From Chiloscyllium plagiosum (lineage: Eukaryota): DNA of 64,000 nucleotides. Under the pieces are notes generated by a model that saw nothing but the letters and a program-made list of their open reading frames with translations, did no database searches and was not told where the DNA came from. Every line of letters begins with the position of its first letter. Position 1 is the first letter of the stretch. Positions 53,331 to 64,000 of this stretch are shown here, piece after piece. Position numbers and translations under genes: made by a program. Location: assembly GCF_004010195.1 (NCBI RefSeq), contig NC_057728.1:52623745-52687744 (forward strand). Reading direction: 5' to 3'.

Positions 53331-54163
53331 TCCATATGCAGAATAAGGCAGCAAAATAATTTCAGAGATTTAAAAGCATTTTACTGTAAATCAATAGTTT
53401 AGCTTAAACATTTGTTTCCACCTTTCCTTTGTGGACCTGTTTCCTGTGCAGAAACCAACACCCCACTAGGGTAGAAGTTAGTCATTTTATAGTTTCTTAA
53501 TCAACTCATTTAGATATGTTATTACACACCTTTGCAACGGAACCTAGATATCCTAGGCCAGAGGTATGGATACTACCACTGCACCATAAGCATCCTTTGG
53601 AAGTAGCTTTTCACTGGGACAAGAGCAATTTAGACAAATGTTTGTGCCTTGCTTTGAAACAGTGACTTTTCCCATGGAGCCAGCATGTGATAGTCACCAC
53701 ACTACAGTAACGGGATCAGAAATTAGCTCTTAAATTCAAAGTACAATGAACATCATCTGCTCTCAATCAACTCTGGAGTTATGCTGTTTGAACCTTGAAG
53801 AAACCAACATCTCTAACTCTGATACTGATGAGCTAGGAGCAATATAGGCCACTTGATCTGCTGGGACACTATATAAAACTCATGACCCATCTGGCTGCAC
53901 CCTCAACTCCACATCTCCACATGCCCCGATAACTCTTCAATCCCTTGTTTACCAAGAATCTATCTAACGGTGCCTTAAAATTCCAAATACTCGGCTTCCA
54001 TTTCTTTTGGAGGAAGAGAGTTCCAAGGACTCACAACCCTCTGAAGGATTATGTTTTGCCTCATCGCTATCTTAAATGAATGACCCCCTTGTGTTCAAAT
54101 AGTGACCTCGAGTTCTAGACTCTCCACAACTGGAAACATCCTTTCCATATCCAGTCTGTCAAG

Positions 54164-54500
54164 GGGGAGGCAATTGTCTAGTGGCACTATAGCTGGACTG
54201 TTAATCCAGAAACCCAGGTGATGTCCTGGGGACTGTGTTCAATTCCTGCCACAGCAGATGGTAGAATTTGAATTCAATAAACATCCAGGATTAAGAGTCT
54301 GATGATGACCATGAGTCAATTGTCAGAAAAACCCATTTGGTTCAATAATGTCCTTTAGGGAAAGAGAGCTGTCATCCCTACCTGGTCTGGCTTACATGTG
54401 ACTCCAGACTCTCAGCAATGCGGTTGACTCTTAACTGCCCTCTAGGCAATAAATGCTGACCTCAGTGATGCCCTCATCCCATTAATGAATTTTTGAAAAA
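54164..54500 (+). mobile_element. tRNA-head SINE sharing its 3' tail with the second LINE family
   Basis: tctagtgg A-box-like, gttcaattcc B-box-like, tail ggcaataaatgctgacc; other copies about 5215-5520(-), 28920-29240, 30215-30410, 39130-39500(-), 58430-58805(-). Confidence 0.7.
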
Positions 54501-55106
54501 AGACCCCTCAGGGTCTTATATGGATAAATTATGGGATAAACACTGATGGAGACTCTTTCACAAAATAGTGCTATGGGATCCTTAGCATCCATCTGATAAG
54601 CTAGACAGAGGCTCAGTTTAACAAGCACCTTGAACACAGCAACACTGCCACAGTACCGTATTGTAATTATCAGCCTGGATTCTCTGCTCATAGTTCCTTC
54701 CAGATAATATGTATATTTGACTTGTGCTACTTTTAGTCTGAAACTGAACTCTTTATCTTTTTGCCTTTTCCCCTCTGGTTTAGTAAACAAACAAAGCTGA
54801 AGGATGTCCTTTTCCGTTCTAAGGCCAGCTTGTGTGTTTATTCCCACAGTCCAAGCTCCGTACATTGCTGAGCACACAGCACAAAGGTTGACAGGCACCT
54901 TACTGGATGAGTTTGCCTGATACAAATGGCACCAAAATATCTCTCCCTTGAGACTTACAGAAATAACAGCTAGGACCTGAGTTTAGAATTAGAATTCCGT
55001 TTTATTATCACATGTACTCAAGTTTAGGAATACAGGAGTACAATGAAAAGTGCACAAAGTTAACATTGTCTAGCACCATCTTGGTTACAAAACCCAGAAT
55101 TAATAA

Positions 55107-55235
55107 ATCAGCTACCTGATGTAGGAGCAGTGCTCAGAAAGCTAGTGCTTCCAAATAAACCCGCTGGACTATAACCTGGTGTTGTGTGATTTTTAACTTT
55201 GTCCATCCCAGTCCAACACCAGCATCTCCACATCA
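55107..55235 (+). mobile_element. PLE terminal fragment (family C) with degenerate hammerhead-like motif
   Basis: CTGATGTAGGAGCAGTGCTCAGAAAGCTA at 55116-55144. Confidence 0.7.
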
Positions 55236-56011
55236 ATAAAAAAAAACGGCAGAAATAAAGAAAGAGATCAAAAGTTCAGAGAGATTCTCTGGTATTTGGG
55301 GCTTTTTGCACGGCTGATGCTGGAGATTTGTGAAAATGGTAGGGCTGCACCATTTCAGGTAGAATCACACAAACAGGAAACCTAAAGTCATCGAGGCCAT
55401 TTGGAATTAATGCTGAGTTTGCTGAGACATTATTGTTGTTATACCAAGGACCTTAGCTCCCGCAGTGTTAGAATCAGGAATTAATGGAGGAGGTTTAAAT
55501 GCTCTTCAGGGATGGGTAAGATCCATTGAATGTCATGACCTGTAGTTTCTTAAATCTCCTGCTCTCCTCTTCTTGTATCGAGTAGCGCTCCTATGCAAAA
55601 CTAATTGATTTTGTCCAATCACCAAATGACCTGAGATGTTTAAAAAATCTATTAACCATCACCAGTAAATCACATGAGTTTTCCAAATGGTTAATTTATG
55701 TGCCAAGCCTGTTAAGGGCAATGCAGACTGTTTAAGGTGAGGGAGATGGGCTAAATCAGGATAAAATTGGAATGGGAATCACCAGCTTATTTTTTGTTTC
55801 ATTTTCCATTTTTTTTACATATCCTGAAATGCTCTTACATTTGGTGAGGAGACTAAAATAACTCTACAGAGGCCAGAATCCTGTCACCAAGTCACCCTTT
55901 ATTTACACATAAACAGTCCTTAACTTTATTACCGCCTATTCAGAGTCGGCTATCAGAGTGCCAATATCTCTGACATTCCCCTTTTTATTTTATTTTCCCA
56001 TTTTTTGTTCT

Positions 56012-57084
56012 TCTGACACTCCTGTTCTTTTTTTTCTTCCCCCTCCCCCCACACTACCGCCTGACAGCGGTCAGGCCATTTTTTCACAATGAAAAACAAC
56101 AGGTGGCATGGTGGCTCAGTGGTTAGCACTGCTGCCTCACAGCACCAGGGTCCCAGGTTTGATTCTGACCTCGGGCAAGTGTCTGTGTGGAGTTTGCACA
56201 TTTGCCCTGTGTCTCTGTGGATTTCCTCATTCAGGTCAGGTGAATTGGCCATGCTAGATTGCCCATAGTGTTAGGTGCATTAGTCAGAGGGAAATGGGAC
56301 TGGGTGGGTTACTCTTCGGAGGGCTGGTGTGGACTTGTTGGGCCAAAGGGCCTGTTTCCACACTCTAGGGAATCTAATCTGAAAAAAAGTGTGTAATCTT
56401 TATTTATATTCCACCACCAGGGAGAAAGGAAACACCTGAGTGGTCAGTGACAAGCAGTGCCCTTCACCTCAAAGGGCAATGTTGTGTGGTCAAACAGTGA
56501 AAGGGAGGGCAGGGATTAAATCAAAATAGAGTTGGAGGGGGAAATAATACACTCCACTCCCTGCGGTGCCCACCTTTCCCTGAAAATCTCAAGGGTGTTG
56601 GTGGACACTGCGTGCTCCTTCTCCAGGGATACCCGGGCTCTGACAAACTGCAGAAGAGGGGCAGACAAGCGGAAGAGGGATGGGCAACATTCCCTTTTTT
56701 TTTCCTCAATAACCAGGACATCTGACACTCCTGTTCTTTTTTTTCCCCCAGCACCCATGGTGTGTGTGTGCAGGTGTGAGACACAGTGAGAGACACAAGG
56801 TGCACGAATCTTTATTCAGTTTCCACCACCAGGAAGAAAGGAAAACACCTGAGTGGTCAGTGACAAGCAGTGCCCTTCACAAAAGGGCAATGCTGTGTGA
56901 TCAAACAGTGAAGGGGAGGCAGCGATTAAATCAAAATAGAGTTGGAGGGGGAAATAATACACTCCACTCCCTGTGGTGTCCACCTTTCCCCGAAAATCTC
57001 AAGGGTGTTGGTGGACACCGCGTGTTCCTTCTCCAGGGATACCCGGGCTCTGACAAACTGCAGAAGAGGGATGGGCAACATTCC
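56012..57084. repeat. Two direct copies of an ~365 bp element (about 56012-56693 including a SINE; 56721-57084)
   Basis: ttccaccaccagg...gatgggcaacattcc repeated near-identically; duplicated ORFs 56516-56758 and 56926-57138. Confidence 0.88.
56101..56381 (+). mobile_element. HE1-type V-SINE (internal deletion)
   Basis: Head, partial V-domain, tail. Confidence 0.88.
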
Positions 57085-58814
57085 TCTTTTTAATCTGTCA
57101 GCCAGGGCTCCCTGATTGGACCAGATTAACTGCCCCAATCAAAGAACTTAAATTCGATGGTCCTCATTACAATCACTAAGTGACCAAGTCTCTCTATATT
57201 ACCACAGCCAATACAGGGGTATATCTCTTGCTCTTTAAATATGTCAAAACCAGTTGCAGCTGCCAGTTAAAGTAAAAAGAAACTGCACTAATTGACAGGC
57301 AATCTACTGAGGCTTACAGAAAGTATTTCCATTTGTTCCTACAGTTTCAAAAGATTTCATTATTGACATTTCCATGGCTGAAGCTGAGATGAATTGAGTT
57401 ATAGAAGTTCAAAAACTATTTATCTATCAGCGATGCTGAGTTCACATTGTGATTGACAGTTTAAGCACGCTACTAAAGAACTAATTGTCTTTGATGTGGT
57501 TAGTGGATAAAAAATTGTTTACTTCAGCAACAGAAAGACTTGTTAAGGGTAATTAAACTTCGTAAATGGTGGTGTGGGCAGCTTGCTCATCCTCCCTGCA
57601 GTGTGTGCCCTTGGCCCACCAGGGAGCAAGAACCATACAGCTGCTGGCCTCCAGTCTCCAGGAATGCAAGATTCGACCCAGTGGGAAGAGGCCTATCCCA
57701 CCCCAAACATATATCATTGTACAACTGCATAGGGAAATCTCTGATTAATTAATTCTAACCTCTTCGAAGGAAAATGTTTCACCATCTTCTCTAATAAAAC
57801 GATTAAGTTTCACCACAATGATAGCAGGATTTAGATGTTTCTACGTGATTATTTTTTTAAAAAATCAACTAGTTCAGGCACGTTATGACACCTGTCCAAA
57901 GCAGGTGGGATTTGAATCTCTCCCAGAGGTAGGGACAATACCACTGCATCACAAGAGCCCCAAAACCCAACATTATATTATTATACTATTGTTGGCTACC
58001 ACTTGCAGAGGAGGATTGTTTTCCACCAGTCTGAAAATTGCTGATGAGGCCAATTCAGGCTTAACAGAACATAGGGCATTTGTTGTCAGGTGCTGTCACC
58101 ATTATGTATTGTCACCAAGCTGGTCATATATTACTTGTAACTAATGCAGATTAAGTAGCATGGATTCAGTTTATTTGAAAATCCTCAAAGGTTTATTGAA
58201 CAGCTCAGACTACAACCTGCAGTTACAGAAAATTACGTATGTAACCTCCTCCAAGTCTGCTTGTGCCAGCCTACAAATGACAGTTAGCTGTGTGGTTATA
58301 GCCTGGTCCTTGATTTACTAGCATATCCAGTTCCTAAAGGTACATCGATCTTAAAACAACAAAATAACACTTTCTAATGACTGCCCAGGTTCATTAAAGG
58401 ATTCAACAATGACCATGCCTAAAGTCCTCTGAATTTTTAAAAAGTCAATTATTGGATGTGCGCAATGCCATCTGTGCAAGCAATTATTTCCCATCATGGA
58501 AATATGACCCTGGCAAGCTGCTCAAATCAAGAGTGAACCATATTGCTGTGGATCGGGAGTCACACATAGTTTTAACCAGGTAAAGGTCACAGCTTTCCTT
58601 CCCCAAGAGACATTAAGTAACCAGATCTGATTTTATAACAATTAATGATAATTGTCCTGGTCATCATTACCAAGAATAGCTTTGCATTCCAAATTAATTG
58701 CTTCTATTTAAATTTCAGGAGTTGCAGAGGAGGTATTTGAAACTAGTTAGTCTCATCTTCATGATTACTAGTCCAGTGACATTCCCTCTAAATTACTGTC
58801 TCCCAAAATCAGCG

Positions 58815-59460
58815 TCATAGTCAGAGTCAACAAGTCATACAGCACGGAAACAGAGCCCTCAATCCAACCAGTCCATGCCAGCCACCATCCAAAGCTAAAC
58901 TAGTCCCACTTGCCTGTGCTTGGCCCATATTCCTCCAAACATTTCTTATTTGTGTACTTATCCAAATGTCTTTTAAATTTGTAACTGCATTCACTATTAC
59001 CTGGCAGTTCATTCCACACATGAACCACCCTCTGTGTAAAGATGTTGCCCATCGTGTCTTTTTAACATTTATGTCCTCTTGCCTTAAAACTATGTTGCCT
59101 CGTCTTGAAATCTCCCACCCTAGGGAAAAAATGCCTGCCATTCACCTTATCTATGCCTCTCATGATCTTATAAATCTCTATAAGGTGACCCCTCAAACTC
59201 TTCTGCTCCAGTGAAAAAAGTCCTAGCCTATCCATCCTTTCCTTATAACTTGAACCCTCCATTCCTGGCAACATCCTGGTAAAATTTTTCTGAACTCTCT
59301 CCAGCTTAATAATATAACAAGGTGACCAGAACTGGACACAGTACTCCAGAACACCAATGTCCTGTACAACTTTAACATGACGTCCCAATTTCTATGCAAA
59401 GGTCTGAGTAATAAAAGTAAACTTGCTAGATACCTTCTTAACCCCCTGGCTACATGTGAC
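58815..59460 (-). mobile_element. CR1 3' fragment in left arm
   Basis: LEYCVQFWSP..KLERVQKNFTRMLPG. Confidence 0.92.
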
Positions 59461-60038
59461 AGAGCAGACAGAAATAGAGGTGTTGAGGAACTTAAGGCCT
59501 CAGTAGCTGAAGACACAGCTGCCAACGTTTCAGCGGTTAAACCCCAAAGGTGCTTGGAGGAGCACAGAGCTTGGAGGAGTGTAGCAGTGGTCCACGTTAC
59601 TAAGATAGGGAGGCACAAGGCCACGAAGAGATCGGAAGAAGAAAGAAAATTCAAGAGACATGAAGAAGTGAATGTAATTGCTGGAATCAGGAACAGCTTA
59701 CTTGCAAATCTATGGAACAACGGTCAGTAGATTCTGATGTAGGGCCAGAGTTCTTCCTACATCAGAATCTACTGACCGTTGTTCCATAGATTTGCAAGTA
59801 AGCTGTTCCTGATTCCAGCAATTACATTCACTTCTTCATGTCTCTTGAATTTTCTTTCTTCTTCCGATCTCTTCGTGGCCTTGTGCCTCCCTATCTTAGT
59901 AACGTGGACCACTGCTACACTCCTCCAAGCTCTGTGCTCCTCCAAGCACCTTTGGGGTTTAACCGCTGAAACGTTGGCAGCTGTGTCTTCAGCTACTGAG
60001 GCCTTAAGTTCCTCAACACCTCTATTTCTGTCTGCTCT

Positions 60039-60684
60039 GTCACATGTAGACAGGAGGTTAAGAAGGTATTTAGCAAGTTTACTTTTATTACTCAGACCTT
60101 TGCATAGAAATTGGGACGTCATGTTAAAGTTGTACAGGACATTGGTGTTCTGGAGTACTGTGTCCAGTTCTGGTCACCTTGTTATATTATTAAGCTGGAG
60201 AGAGTTCAGAAAAATTTTACCAGGATGTTGCCAGGAATGGAGGGTTCAAGTTATAAGGAAAGGATGGATAGGCTAGGACTTTTTTCACTGGAGCAGAAGA
60301 GTTTGAGGGGTCACCTTATAGAGATTTATAAGATCATGAGAGGCATAGATAAGGTGAATGGCAGGCATTTTTTCCCTAGGGTGGGAGATTTCAAGACGAG
60401 GCAACATAGTTTTAAGGCAAGAGGACATAAATGTTAAAAAGACACGATGGGCAACATCTTTACACAGAGGGTGGTTCATGTGTGGAATGAACTGCCAGGT
60501 AATAGTGAATGCAGTTACAAATTTAAAAGACATTTGGATAAGTACACAAATAAGAAATGTTTGGAGGAATATGGGCCAAGCACAGGCAAGTGGGACTAGT
60601 TTAGCTTTGGATGGTGGCTGGCATGGACTGGTTGGATTGAGGGCTCTGTTTCCGTGCTGTATGACTTGTTGACTCTGACTATGA
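60039..60684 (+). mobile_element. CR1 3' fragment in right arm (mirror copy)
   Basis: Mirror of 58815-59460. Confidence 0.92.
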
Positions 60685-62355
60685 CGCTGATTTTGGGAGA
60701 CAGTAATTTAGAGGGAATGTCACTGGACTAGTAATCATGAAGATGAGACTAACTAGTTTCAAATACCTCCTCTGCAACTCCTGAAATTTAAATAGAAGCA
60801 ATTAATTTGGAATGCAAAGCTATTCTTGGTAATGATGACCAGGACAATTATCATTAATTGTTATAAAATCAGATCTGGTTACTTAATGTCTCTTGGGGAA
60901 GGAAAGCTGTGACCTTTACCTGGTTAAAACTATGTGTGACTCCCGATCCACAGCAATATGGTTCACTCTTGATTTGAGCAGCTTGCCAGGGTCATATTTC
61001 CATGATGGGAAATAATTGCTTGCACAGATGGCATTGCGCACATCCAATAATTGACTTTTTAAAAATTCAGAGGACTTTAGGCATGGTCATTGTTGAATCC
61101 TTTAATGAACCTGGGCAGTCATTAGAAAGTGTTATTTTGTTGTTTTAAGATCGATGTACCTTTAGGAACTGGATATGCTAGTAAATCAAGGACCAGGCTA
61201 TAACCACACAGCTAACTGTCATTTGTAGGCTGGCACAAGCAGACTTGGAGGAGGTTACATACGTAATTTTCTGTAACTGCAGGTTGTAGTCTGAGCTGTT
61301 CAATAAACCTTTGAGGATTTTCAAATAAACTGAATCCATGCTACTTAATCTGCATTAGTTACAAGTAATATATGACCAGCTTGGTGACAATACATAATGG
61401 TGACAGCACCTGACAACAAATGCCCTATGTTCTGTTAAGCCTGAATTGGCCTCATCAGCAATTTTCAGACTGGTGGAAAACAATCCTCCTCTGCAAGTGG
61501 TAGCCAACAATAGTATAATAATATAATGTTGGGTTTTGGGGCTCTTGTGATGCAGTGGTATTGTCCCTACCTCTGGGAGAGATTCAAATCCCACCTGCTT
61601 TGGACAGGTGTCATAACGTGCCTGAACTAGTTGATTTTTTAAAAAAATAATCACGTAGAAACATCTAAATCCTGCTATCATTGTGGTGAAACTTAATCGT
61701 TTTATTAGAGAAGATGGTGAAACATTTTCCTTCGAAGAGGTTAGAATTAATTAATCAGAGATTTCCCTATGCAGTTGTACAATGATATATGTTTGGGGTG
61801 GGATAGGCCTCTTCCCACTGGGTCGAATCTTGCATTCCTGGAGACTGGAGGCCAGCAGCTGTATGGTTCTTGCTCCCTGGTGGGCCAAGGGCACACACTG
61901 CAGGGAGGATGAGCAAGCTGCCCACACCACCATTTACGAAGTTTAATTACCCTTAACAAGTCTTTCTGTTGCTGAAGTAAACAATTTTTTATCCACTAAC
62001 CACATCAAAGACAATTAGTTCTTTAGTAGCGTGCTTAAACTGTCAATCACAATGTGAACTCAGCATCGCTGATAGATAAATAGTTTTTGAACTTCTATAA
62101 CTCAATTCATCTCAGCTTCAGCCATGGAAATGTCAATAATGAAATCTTTTGAAACTGTAGGAACAAATGGAAATACTTTCTGTAAGCCTCAGTAGATTGC
62201 CTGTCAATTAGTGCAGTTTCTTTTTACTTTAACTGGCAGCTGCAACTGGTTTTGACATATTTAAAGAGCAAGAGATATACCCCTGTATTGGCTGTGGTAA
62301 TATAGAGAGACTTGGTCACTTAGTGATTGTAATGAGGACCATCGAATTTAAGTTC

Positions 62356-62487
62356 CTAGCTTATCTCTCCATGATTCAGGCTCTCTGCCTTTATTCCTGA
62401 TGAAGGGCTTTTGCCCGAAACGTCGATTTTGCCTGTCCTCGGATGCTGCCTGAATTGCTGTGCTCTTCCAGCACCACTAATCCAGAA
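62356..62487 (+). mobile_element. PLE 3' end (family A) fused to the right palindrome arm
   Basis: Matches the minus strand of 13970-14105; followed by tctgatgtaggg (62488-62499), which also occurs at 59733-59744. Confidence 0.88.
62393..62428 (+). ncRNA. Minimal type I hammerhead ribozyme motif (intact core)
   Basis: CTGATGA-A-GGGC-TTTT-GCCC-GAAAC-GTC; predicted cleavage after 62424. Confidence 0.72.
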
Positions 62488-62922
62488 TCTGATGTAGGGT
62501 CACCAACTGAAATGTTAATTTTGTTTCTATGTCCATGGGTGCTGCTGAACATTTCCAGCAGTTTATGAGTCCATTCCAGAATTTCAGCTTTATACTATTA
62601 AGTTGTTAAAATTTGTGTCACTCAATAACTCAATAAAGCTCTTTCACAACAAAAAATCAAGAGTAAAAGCAGCTGATTTTGCTCTCCACCACTTCTGTAG
62701 CAGACAGCATCAAACAACAATAACTACTGTAGGTCACCACTCCAGTTCATTATTAAGGAGAATTTTATGTACTATTAAGCACAGAGGCTATTTTCAGGGG
62801 AAACTCTTTGTATTAAAGCAGAAAGTACAACAGAAACTCAGCAGGTATGTCTGCATCTGTAGAGAGAGAAACACGGAATAATTCAAATTTTGTTTCTGTC
62901 TCCAGAGATATTGACAGACCTA

Positions 62923-63160
62923 AAACACAAATTGCTGGAAAAGCTCAGCAGGTCTGGCAGCATTCGTGGAGAGAAATCAGAGTTAACATCTTCCGTTGAG
63001 TGACCCTTCCTCAGAACTCAGGCATTCTGAGGAAGGGTCACTCAACCCGAAACATTAACTCGGATTTCTCTACAAAGATGCTGCCAGACCTGCTGAGCGT
63101 TTTCAGCAATTTGTGGTTTTGTTCCTGATTTACAGCATTGACAGTTCTTTTGGTTTTATA
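62923..63160 (+). mobile_element. Palindromic PLE mini-element (family B) nested in an older one (about 62810-63235)
   Basis: Inverted arms centred near 63020; CTGAGGA-A-GGGT-CACTCA-ACCC-GAAAC at 63027-63053; flanks tgaca(g/t)accta at 62912-62922 and 63161-63171. Confidence 0.82.
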
Positions 63161-63633
63161 TGACATACCTATTGAGTTTCTCCAGCACCTCCTGTTTTGA
63201 TTTCAGATCTCCAGAATCTGCAGTATTTTACTTTCAGTTCAGTTGTTTGATCCTTGATTGAAGTGCAATTTCCCTAATCACTTCTGTGCATCATTTGAAA
63301 AGCTGGGCAAAGCAAAATGTTTGCTCTTCTAATTCTGAGAGAATTTTATATCTTTATTTAGCTGTGCGCTTCTGAATTCTATTGAAGATAAAGCCTAAGA
63401 AGAGACATTAAATGTCTTGAACATATAGCTCTTATAATAAGACTATTTCAACACTGTTTCATAAAAGTATATAAATTAGGAACAGAAGTAGACCATTCAA
63501 CTCTTCAAGCCTACTCTGCCCTTCAATAAGAGCATTTCTGATCTGGTTACATTTGGAACTCCACATTCCTTCCTGTCCCTAATAATCTTTGATTCCCTTG
63601 TATACAGAAATCTGTTGACCTCCGCTTTAACGA

Positions 63634-63844
63634 CGGTTGGTTCTGATACAACACTATAGTTCCATTCCTGTGTGATTCCGCATTATAAATAAATGGCATA
63701 ATAGCAGCACCATTTAACCAATGGGACTGGGATCACATTATAGCCAATACAGGTAAGTAAAGTTCACGTTCTGCAAATAATGGTCTAAAATCACGTTATA
63801 GCCCATTCATGTTGGTGAAAAGTGTGTTATAGCACAACCGACTA
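63634..63844. mobile_element. Tc1/mariner-type MITE (second copy, reverse orientation) inside an old CR1 3' fragment
   Basis: Degenerate TIRs ggttggttctgatacaac / gttatagcacaaccgac; interior is the reverse complement of 22933-23149. Confidence 0.7.
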
Positions 63845-64000
63845 TATATTCAATGACCTTGTCTCCACCTTCTTCTGAGCAGAGAGACCAAGAATTGTAC
63901 AATCCTCTTTGAGAGACAAAAAACCCTTTATCTCTGTCTAAAAGGAAAACCCCACTGCCCCTTAGTTCTAGGCTCACCCACAAGAGGAAACACCCTTTCC

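Larger units (their letters stand above)
55860..57180 (-). mobile_element. Solo-LTR-like element containing a tandem pair of nested repeats and a SINE
   Basis: Both ends match 7410-7837; interrupted at acattcc. Confidence 0.6.
57144..62355. repeat. Near-perfect long inverted repeat: arms 57144-59743 and 59756-62355 (2600 bp each), spacer gccagagttctt
   Basis: Mirror ORF pairs all sum to 119499 (e.g. 57818/61681, 59377/60122); ends read base by base; only three mismatches noticed. Confidence 0.97.

Noticed and set aside
59629..59639. AGATCGGAAGA, an 11-nt match to the Illumina adapter prefix near the palindrome centre
   Set aside because: The match stops before the following GC, is not at a junction, and lies inside an L2-like remnant; treated as chance, though worth remembering when validating the assembly
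59377..60122. Convergent 117 aa ORF pair (and the 165 aa antisense pair) in the palindrome arms
   Set aside because: They straddle a CR1 fragment and an L2-like remnant, have no recognisable domain, and are duplicated only because of the inverted repeat
57144..62355. Palindrome as a DNA transposon with giant TIRs (Foldback or Polinton-like)
   Set aside because: The arms are ordinary host DNA with old repeats, the left end is in the middle of an LTR, and there is no TSD at the outer ends and no transposase
1..64000. CRISPR arrays, operons or other prokaryotic or viral systems
   Set aside because: No regularly spaced repeat-spacer array or gene-dense segment; the window is vertebrate repeat-rich DNA

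Overview
Eukaryotic, repeat-dominated DNA whose repeat set (HE1-type V-SINEs with TAATC tails, CR1 LINEs, Deu-domain SINEs) points to a cartilaginous fish (shark; inference). There are two N gaps. Contents: many CR1 fragments, a second CR1/Jockey-group LINE, L2 and Tx1-like remnants, solo LTRs, two mariner-type MITEs, and about 15 pieces of Penelope-like elements (PLEs) from at least three families. Several PLE pieces carry minimal hammerhead-ribozyme motifs and 11-15 bp target-site duplications (TSDs). Host-gene signal is limited to two phase-compatible minus-strand exons of an unidentified single-pass membrane protein (about 12.9-13.2 kb) and a decayed UBTF HMG-box fragment (46.8-47.0 kb). 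The most striking structure is a near-perfect 5.2 kb palindrome (arms 57144-59743 and 59756-62355, 12 bp spacer). Its right arm is fused to a hammerhead-bearing PLE end, and the whole insert is bracketed by a 12 bp direct repeat. This suggests the PLE insertion copied 2.6 kb of flanking host DNA in inverted orientation. Repeat boundaries are approximate unless defined by a TSD. All calls were made by eye, without database searches.
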